Assembly: GCA_002189035.1 (NCBI GenBank)
Contig: NEEC01000127.1
Coordinates: 29,521-93,520, forward strand
DNA length: 64,000 nt
Source: Utricularia gibba
Taxonomy: Eukaryota > Plantae > Magnoliophyta
Direction of reading: 5' to 3'
Of this stretch, positions 55,101 to 64,000 are shown one piece after another. The notes beneath the pieces were generated by a model. It saw only the letters and a list, made by a program, of their open reading frames with translations. It did no database searches and was not told the DNA's origin. Within the stretch, counting starts at the first letter, position 1. Every line of letters starts with the position of its first letter. The position numbers and the translations under genes were made by a program.

Positions 55101-58100
55101 CGAGGCGATCTTTGCACATGCTTAGGTGTGTCCCTACCCGAAGCCTCATGGTTTCCTCGCACACCGTTCGGCATCTCGTCGATATCCTGAAGACCGTGAT
55201 GAGTCACGCTGCGCCCGGAATACCGTTTCGAAGCTCGTTCCGAGCCGGTCATCTTCCGTGTTGAAGCTTCTTCGTCCGAGGATGCATAAGAGCTCGAATT
55301 ATCGCCTTCTATTAGCCTTCAGATGTGCCACAAAGTGGCCACCACGTTCGCGACGATGCGACTTGGAACACCAAAATCGACGCGATTGTAATTTTCGGCT
55401 TGCAAAACATCTGCGTTTTTTCGGGTGATGTGAAATATGGGTTTTCGAGGCGATCTTTGCACATGCTTAGGGTGTGTCCCTACCGAAGCCTCATGGTTTC
55501 CTCGCACACCGTTCGGCATCTCGTCGATATCCTGAAGACCGTGATGAGTCACGCTGCGCCCGGAATACCGTTTCGAAGCTCGTTCCGAGCCGGTCATCTT
55601 CCGTGTTTAAAGCTTCTTCGTCCGAGGATGCATCAGAGCTCGAATTATCGCCCTTATATTAGCCTTCAGATGTGCCACAAAGTGGCCACCACGTTCGCGA
55701 CGATGCGACTTGAAACCAAAATCGACGTGATTGTAATTTTCGGCTTGCAAAACATCTGCGTTTTTTCGGGTGATGTGAAATATGGGTTTTCGAGCGATCT
55801 TTGCACATGCTTAGGGTGTGTCCCTACCGAAGCCTCATGGTTTCCTCGCACACCGTTCGGCATCTCGTCGATATCCTGAAGACCGTGATGAGTCACGCTG
55901 CGCCCGGCATACCGTTTCGAAGCTCGTTCCGAGCCGGTCATCTTCCGTGTTTAAAGCTTCTTCGTCCGAGGATGCATCAGAGCTCGAATTATCGCCTTCT
56001 ATTAGCCTTCAGATGTGCCACAAAGTGGCCACCACGTTCGCGACGATGCGACTTGGAACACCAAAATCGACGCGATTGAATTTTCGGCTTGCAAAACATC
56101 TGCGTTTTTTTCGGGTGATGTGAAATATGGGTTTTCGAGCGATCTTTGCACATGCTTAGGGTGTGTCCCTACCGAAGCCTCATGGTTTCCTCGCACACCG
56201 TTCGGCATCTCGTCGATATCCTGAAGACCGTGATGAGTCACGCTGCGCCCGGAATACCGTTTCGAAGCTCGTTCCGAGCCGGTCATCTTCCGTGTTGAAG
56301 CTTCTTCGTCCGGATGCATCAGAGCTCGAATTATCGCCTTCTATTAGCCTTCAGATGTGCCACAAAGTGGCCACCACGTTCGCGACGATGCGACTTGGAA
56401 CACCAAATCGACGCGATTGTGATTTTCGGCTTGCAAAACATCTGCGTTTTTTCGGGTGATGTGAAATATGGGTTTTCGAGGCGATCTTGCACATGCTTAG
56501 GGTGTGTTACTCGAAGCCTCATGGTTTCCTCGCACACCGTTCGGCATCTCGTCGATATCCTGAAGACCGTGATGAGTCACGCTGCGCCCGGAATACCGTT
56601 TCGAAGCTCGTTCCGAGCCGGTCATCTTCCGTGTTGAAGCTTCTTCGTCCGAGGATGCATCAGAGCTCGAATTATCGCCTTATATTAGCCTTCAGATGTG
56701 CCACAAAGTGGCCACCACGTTCGCGACGACGACTTGGAACACCAAAATCGACGTGATTGTAATTTTCGGCTTGCAAAACATCTGCGTTTTTTCGGGTGAT
56801 GTGAAATATGGGTTTTCGAGGCGATCTTTGCACATGCTTAGGGTGTGTCCCTACCGAAGCCTCATGGTTTCCTCGCACACCGTTCGGCATCTCGTCGATA
56901 TCCTGAAGACCGTGATGAGTCACGCTGCCCCGGAATACCGTTTCGAAGCTCGTTCCGAGCCGGTCATCTTCCGTGTTGAAGCTTCTTCGTCCGAGGATGC
57001 ATCAGAGCTCGAATTATCGCCTTCTATTAGCCTTCAGATGTGCCACAAAGTGGCCACCACGTTCGCGACGATGCGACTTGGAACACCAAAATCGACGCGA
57101 TTGTAATTTTCGGCTTGCAAAACATCTGCGTTTTTTTCGGTGATGTGAAATATGGGTTTTCGAGGCGATCTTTGCACATGCTTAGGGTGTGTCCCTACCG
57201 AAGCCTCATGGTTTCCTCGCACACCGTTCGGCATCTCGTCGATATCCTGAAGACCGTGATGAGTCACGCTGCGCCCGGAATACCGTTTCGAAGCTCGTTC
57301 CGAGCCGGTCATCTTCCGTGTTGAATGCTTCTCGTCCGAGGATGCATCAGAGCTCGAATTATCGCCTTCTATTAGCCTTCAGATGTGCCACAAAGTGGCC
57401 ACCACGTTCGCGACGACGCGACTTGGAACACCAAATCGACGTGATTGTAATTTTCGGCTTGCAAAACATCTGCGTTTTTTCGGGTGATGTGAAATATGGG
57501 TTTTCGAGGCGATCTTTGCACATGCTTAGGGTGTGTCCCTACCGAAGCCTCATGGTTTCCTCGCACACCGTTCGGCATCTCGTCGATATCCTGAAGACCG
57601 TGATGAGTCACGCTGCGCCCGGAATACCGTTTCGAAGCTCGTTCCGAGCCGGTCATCTTCCGTGTTGAAAGCTTCTTCGTCCGAGGATGCATCAGAGCTC
57701 GAATTATCGCCTTCTATTAGCCTTCAGATGTGCCACAAAGTGGCCACCACGTTCGCGACGATGCGACTTGGAACACCAAAATCGACGATTGTAATTTTCG
57801 GCTTGCAAAACATCTGCGTTTTTTTCGGTGATGTGAAATATGGGTTTTCGAGGCGATCTTTGCACATGCTTAGGGTGTGTCCCTACCGAAGCCTCATGGT
57901 TTCCTCGCACACCGTTCGGCATCTCGTCGATATCCTGAAGACCGTGATGAGTCACGCTGCGCCCGGAATACCGTTTCGAAGCTCGTTCCGAGCCGGTCAT
58001 CTTCCGTGTTGAATGCTTCTTCGTCCGAGGATGCATCAGAGCTCGAATTATCGCCTTTATATTAGCCTTCAGATGTGCCACAAAGTGGCCACCACGTTCG

Positions 58101-61100
58101 CGACGATGCGACTTGAACACCAAAATCGACCGATTGTGATTTTCGGCTTGCAAAACATCTGCGTTTTTTCGGGTGATGTGAAATATGGGTTTTCGAGGCG
58201 ATCTTTGCACATGCTTAGGGTGTGTCCCTACCCGAAGCCTCATGGTTTCCTCGCACACCGTTCGGCATCTCGTCGATATCCTGAAGACCGTGATGAGTCA
58301 CGCTGCGCCCGGAATACCGTTTCGAAGCTCGTTCCGAGCCGGTCATCTTCCGTGTTGAAGCTTCTTCGTCCGAGGATGCATCAGAGCTCGAATTATCGCC
58401 TTCTATTAGCCTTCAGATGTGCCACAAAGTGGCCACCACGTTCGCGACGATGCGACTTGGAACACCAAAATCGACGTGATTGTAATTTTCGGCTTGCAAA
58501 ACATCTGCGTTTTTTCGGGTGATGTGAAATATGGGTTTTCGAGGCGATCTTTGCACATGCTTAGGGTGTGTCCCTACCGAAGCCTCATGGTTTCCTCGCA
58601 CACCGTTCGGCATCTCGTCGATATCCTGAAGACCGTGATGAGTCACGCTGCGCCCGGAATACCGTTTCGAAGCTCGTTCCGAGCCGGTCATCTTCCGTGT
58701 TTAAAGCTTCTTCGTCCGAGGATGCATCAGAGCTCGAATTATCGCCTTCTATTAGCCTTCTGCCACAAAGTGGCCACCACGTTCGCGACGATGCGACTTG
58801 AACACCAAAATCGACGCGATTGTGATTTTCGGCTTGCAAAACATCTGCGTTTTTTCGGGTGATGTGAAATATGGGTTTTCGAGGCGATCTTTGCACATGC
58901 TTAGGGTGTGTCCCTACCCGAAGCCTCATGGTTTCCTCGCACACCGTTCGGCATCTCGTCGATATCCTGAAGACCGTGATGAGTCACGCTGCGCCCGGAA
59001 TACCGTTTCGAAGCTCGTTCCGAGCCGGTCATCTTCCGTGTTGAAGCTTCTTCGTCCGAGATGCATCAGAGCTCGAATTATCGCCTTCTATTAGCCTTCA
59101 GATGTGCCACAAAGTGGCCACCACGTTCGCGACGATGCGACTTGGAACACCAAAATCGACGATTGTAATTTTCGGCTTGCAAAACATCTGCGTTTTTTCG
59201 GGTGATGTGAAATATGGGTTTTCGAGGCGATCTTTGCACATGCTTAGGGTGTGTCCCTACCGAAGCCTCATGGTTTCCTCGCACACCGTTCGGCATCTCG
59301 TCGATATCCTGAAGACCGTGATGAGTCACGCTGCGCCCGGAATACCGTTTCGAAGCTCGTTCCGAGCCGGTCATCTTCCGTGTTGAATGCTTCTTCGTCC
59401 GAGGATGCATCAGAGCTCGAATTATCGCCTTATATTAGCCTTCAGATGTGCCACAAAGTGGCCACCACGTTCGCGACGATGCGACTTGGAACACCAAAAT
59501 CGACGTGATTGTAATTTTCGGCTTGCAAAACATCTGCGTTTTTTGGGTGATGTGAAATATGGGTTTTCGAGGCGATCTTTGCACATGCTTAGGGTGTGTC
59601 CCTACCGAAGCCTCATGGTTTCCTCGCACACCGTTCGGCATCTCGTCGATATCCTGAAGACCGTGATGAGTCACGCTGCGCCCGGCATACCGTTTCGAAG
59701 CTCGTTCCGAGCCGGTCATCTTCCGTGTTTAAAGCTTCTTCGTCCGAGGATGCATCAGAGCTCGAATTATCGCCTTCTATTAGCCTTCAGATGTGCCACA
59801 AAGTGGCCACCACGTTCGCGACGATGCGACTTGGAACACCAAATCGACGCGATTGTGATTTTCGGCTTGCAAAACATCTGCGTTTTTTCGGGTGATGTGA
59901 AATATGGTTTTCGAGGCGATCTTTGATGCTTATGGAAATTGCATCGTCTACCTGGGTATGCTTTTGCTTCGTGGGCAGTTTCTTTTAGGAAAGCCGATTT
60001 GGCTAAGCGTTGGGTTTCGGTTGTCATCCGTGTTGAATGCTTCTTCGTCCGAGATGCATCAGAGCTCGAATTATCGCCTTATATTAGCCTTCAGATGTGC
60101 CACAAAGTGGCCACCACGTTCGCGACGACGCGACTTGGAACACCAAAATCGACGATTGTAATTTTCGGCTTGCAAAACATCTGCGTTTTTGGTGATGTGA
60201 AATATGGGTTTTCGAGGCGATCTTTGCACATGCTTAGGGTGTGTCCCTACCGAAGCCTCATGGTTTCCTCGCACACCGTTCGGCATCTCGTCGATATCCT
60301 GAAGACCGTGATGAGTCACGCTGCGCCCGGAATACCGTTTCGAAGCTCGTTCCGAGCCGTCATCTTCCGTGTTGAATGCTTCTTCGTCCGAGGATGCATA
60401 AGAGCTCGAATTATCGCCTTATATTAGCCTTCAGATGTGCCACAAAGTGGCCACCACGTTCGCGACGACGCGACTTGAACACCAAAATCGACGTGATTGT
60501 AATTTTCGGCTTGCAAAAACATCTGCGTTTTTCGGGTGATGTGAAAATATGGGTTTTCGAGGCGATCTTTGCACATGCTTAGGTGTGTCCCTACTCGAAG
60601 CCTCATGGTTTCCTCGCACACCGTTCGGCATCTCGTCGATATCCTGAAGACCGTGATGAGTCACGCTGCGCCCGGAATACCGTTTCGAAGCTCGTTCCGA
60701 GCCGGTCATCTTCCGTGTTGAATGCTTCTTCGTCCGAGGATGCATCAGAGCTCGAATTATCGCCTTCTATTAGCCTTCAGATGTGCCACAAAGTGGCCAC
60801 CACGTTCGCGACGACGCGACTTGGAACACCAAAATCGACGTGATTGTAATTTTCGGCTTGCAAAACATCTGCGTTTTTTCGGGTGATGTGAAATATGGGT
60901 TTTCGAGGCGATCTTTGCACATGCTTAGGTGTGTCCCTACTCGAAGCCTCATGGTTTCCTCGCACACCGTTCGGCATCTCGTCGATATCCTGAAGACCGT
61001 GATGAGTCACGCTGCGCCCGGAATACCGTTTCGAAGCTCGTTCCGAGCCGGTCATCTTCCGTGTTGAAGCTTCTTCGTCCGAGATGCATAAGAGCTCGAA

Positions 61101-64000
61101 TTATCGCCTTCTATTAGCCTTCAGATGTGCCACAAAGTGGCCACCACGTTCCGACGACGCGACTTGGAACACCAAAATCGACGTGATTGTAATTTTCGGC
61201 TTGCAAAACATCTGCGTTTTTTCGGGTGATGTGAAATATGGGTTTTCGAGGCGATCTTTGCACATGCTTAGGTGTGTGTCCCTACTCGAAGCCTCATGGT
61301 TCCTCGCACACCGTTCGGCATCTCGTCGATATCCTGAAGACCGTGATGAGTCACGCTGCGCCCGGCATACCGTTTCGAAGCTCGTTCCGAGCCGGTCATC
61401 TTCCGTGTTAAAGCTTCTTCGTCCGAGGATGCATCAGAGCTCGAATTATCGCCTTATATTAGCCTTCAGATGTGCCACAAAGTGGCCACCACGTTCGCGA
61501 CGATGCGACTTGAACACCAAAATCGACGTGATTGTAATTTTCGGCTTGCAAAACATCTGCGTTTTTTCGGGTGATGTGAAATATGGGTTTTCGAGGCGAT
61601 CTTTGCACATGCTTAGGGTGTGTCCCTACCGAAGCCTCATGGTTTCCTCGCACACCGTTCGGCATCTCGTCGATATCCTGAAGACCGTGATGAGTCACGC
61701 TGCGCCCGGAATACCGTTTCGAAGCTCGTTCCGAGCCGGTCATCTTCCGTGTTGAAGCTTCTTCGTCCGAGATGCATCAGAGCTCGAATTATCGCCTTCT
61801 ATTAGCCTTCAGATGTGCCACAAAGTGGCCACCACGTTCGCGACGATGCGACTTGGAACACAAAATCGACGTGATTGTAATTTTCGGCTTGCAAAACATC
61901 TGCGTTTTTTCGGGTGATGTGAAATATGGGTTTTCGAGGCGATCTTTGCACATGCTTAGGGTGTGTCCCTACCGAAGCCTCATGGTTTCCTCGCACACCG
62001 TTCGGCATCTCGTCGATATCCTGAAGACCGTGATGAGTCACGCTGCGCCCGGAATACCGTTTCGAAGCTCGTTCCGAGCCAGTCATCTTCCGTGTTGAAT
62101 GCTTCTTCGTCCGAGGATGCATCAGAGCTCGAATTATCGCCTTATATTAGCCTTCAGATGTGCCACAAAGTGGCCACCACGTTCGCGACGATGCGACTTG
62201 GAACACCAAAATCGACGCGATTGTGATTTTCGGCTTGCAAAACATCTGCGTTTTTTCGGGTGATGTGAAATATGGGTTTTCGAGGCGATCTTTGCATGCT
62301 TAGGGTGTGTCCCTACCCGAAGCCTCATGGTTTCCTCGCACACCGTTCGGCATCTCGTCGATATCCTGAAGACCGTGATGAGTCACGCTGCGCCCGGCAT
62401 ACCGTTTCGAAGCTCGTTCCGAGCCGGTCATCTTCCGTGTTGAAGCTTCTTCGTCCGAGGATGCATCAGAGCTCGAATTATCGCCTTATTAGCCTTCAGA
62501 TGTGCCACAAAGTGGCCACCACGTTCGCGACGATGCGACTTGGAACACCAAAATCGACGCGATTGTAATTTTCGGCTTGCAAAACATCTGCGTTTTTTCG
62601 GGTGATGTGAAATATGGGTTTTCGAGGCGATCTTTGCACATGCTTAGGTGTGTCCCTACCGAAGCCTCATGGTTTCCTCGCACACCGTTCGGCATCTCGT
62701 CGATATCCTGAAGACCGTGATGAGTCACGCTGCGCCCGGAATACCGTTTCGAAGCTCGTTCCGAGCCGGTCATCTTCCGTGTTTTAAAGCTTCTTCGTCC
62801 GAGGATGCATCAGAGCTCGAATTATCGCCTTATATTAGCCTTCAGATGTGCCACAAAGTGGCCACCACGTTCGCGACGATGCGACTTGGAACACCAAATC
62901 GACGCGATTGTAATTTTCGGCTTGCAAAACATCTGCGTTTTTTCGGGTGATGTGAAATATGGGTTTTCGAGGCGATCTTTGCACATGCTTAGGGTGTGTC
63001 CCTACCCGAAGCCTCATGGTTTCCTCGCACACCGTTCGGCATCTCGTCGATATCCTGAAGACCGTGATGAGTCACGCTGCGCCCGGAATACCGTTTCGAA
63101 GCTCGTTCCGAGCCGGTCATCTTCCGTGTTGAAGCTTCTTCGTCCAGGATGCATCAGAGCTCGAATTATCGCCTTATATTAGCCTTCAGATGTGCCACAA
63201 AGTGGCCACCACGTTCGCGACGATGCGACTTGAACACCAAAATCGACGTGATTGTAATTTTCGGCTTGCAAAACATCTGCTTTTTCGGGTGATGTGAAAT
63301 ATGGGTTTTCGAGGCGATCTTTGCACATGCTTAGGGTGTGTCCCTACTCGAAGCCTCATGGTTTCCTCGCACACCGTTCGGCATCTCGTCGATATCCTGA
63401 AGACCGTGATGAGTCACGCTGCGCCCGCATACCTTTTCGAAGCTCGTTCCGAGCCGGTCATCTTCCGTGTTTAAAGCTTCTTCGTCCGAGGATGCATCAG
63501 AGCTCGAATTATCGCCTTCTATTAGCCTTCATATGTGCCAAAAGTGGCCACCACGTTCGCGACGATGCGACTTGGAACACCAAAATCGACACGATTGTGA
63601 TTTTCGGCTTGCAAAACATCTGCGTTTTTTCGGGTGATGTGAAATATGGGTTTTCGAGGCGATCTTTGCACATGCTTAGGGTGTGTCCCTACCGAAGCCT
63701 CATGGTTTCCTCGCACACCGCTCGGCATCTCGTCGATATCCTGAAGACCGTGATGAGTCACGCTGCGCCCGGAATACCGTTTCGAAGCTCGTTCCGAGCC
63801 GTCATCTTCCGTGTTGAAGCTTCTTCGTCCGAGATGCATAAGAGCTCGAATTATCGCCTTATATTAGCCTTCAGATGTGCCACAAAGTGGCCACCACGTT
63901 CGCGACGATGCGACTTGGAACACCAAAATCGACGTGATTGTAATTTTCGGCTTGCAAAACATCTGCGTTTTTTCGGTGATGTGAAATATGGGTTTTCGAG
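49171..64000 (+). repeat. Satellite haplotype domain A-like (right), mixed A/B alleles until ~55 kb
   Basis: CTTGGAACACCAAAATC and GTCCCTAC return right after 49170. GATGCGCC persists sporadically to ~54978. A-only alleles reappear from 49890 onward. Confidence 0.8.
59933..60022. other. ~90 bp non-monomer segment replacing ~122 bp of one monomer
   Basis: TGGAAATTGCATCGTCTACCTGGG...TTGGGTTTCGGTT lies between monomer-matching ATGCTTA and GTCATC. I see no convincing match to either strand of the monomer. Confidence 0.75.

Larger units (their letters stand above)
1..64000 (+). repeat. Tandem satellite DNA array, ~346 bp monomer, ~185 head-to-tail copies, running off both window edges
   Basis: The landmark CAGATG(T/C)GCCACAAAGTGGCCACC recurs every ~345 bp (e.g. 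G at 2620 and 2966; 5441 and 5786) from start to end. No inverted copy seen. Strand is only the orientation in which the monomer is written. Confidence 0.99.

Noticed and set aside
195-63839. Hundreds of 60-391 aa ORFs in the six-frame track, including 11014-12189 (391 aa) and 7855-8676 (273 aa)
   Set aside because: All are translations of the same monomer. Their ends depend on copy-specific indels, long ones switch between monomer frames, no frame is conserved across copies, and I recognise no protein family.
1-64000. Rolling-circle concatemer of a single ~346 nt circle (viroid, eccDNA or MDA product)
   Set aside because: Position-clustered, linked substitutions and dimer structure cannot come from one template. 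There are no fold-back inversions, and I see no rod-like self-complementarity or viroid central conserved region.
1-64000. CRISPR array
   Set aside because: There is no short constant repeat with unique spacers. The entire 346 bp unit repeats and no cas genes are present.
1-64000. Per-copy length variation in T, C and A runs and scattered 1-3 bp deletions (e.g. ~33536, ~44168) as biological polymorphism
   Set aside because: They are concentrated in homopolymers, deletion-biased and unshared between neighbours, which is the typical profile of unpolished long-read error.

Overview
The whole 64 kb window is one head-to-tail tandem array (satellite DNA) of a single ~346 bp monomer (345-347 depending on homopolymer calls), about 185 copies, all in the same orientation. 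The monomer is ~51% GC and CpG-rich by hand count. I find no gene, RNA gene, transposon or CRISPR array: every ORF in the track is a re-reading of the same monomer, started and stopped by copy-specific indels. The informative structure is in the variants between copies. (1) Three haplotype domains: A (1-23.5 kb), B (23.5-49.17 kb) and A-like (49.17-64 kb). (2) Stepwise accumulation of B alleles that ends abruptly at a ~66 bp deletion. (3) An irregular X-Y(n) higher-order repeat at 34-49 kb. (4) Two domain-specific variants that each perfect the same hairpin. (5) Recurrent transitions in CG and CHG context. A scrambled zone (10.4-21.3 kb), near-universal 1-bp indels and one ~90 bp alien patch look like noisy long-read or consensus error. 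I cannot name the organism or satellite family from memory. I found no evidence for a new protein-coding system. All counts were made by eye.
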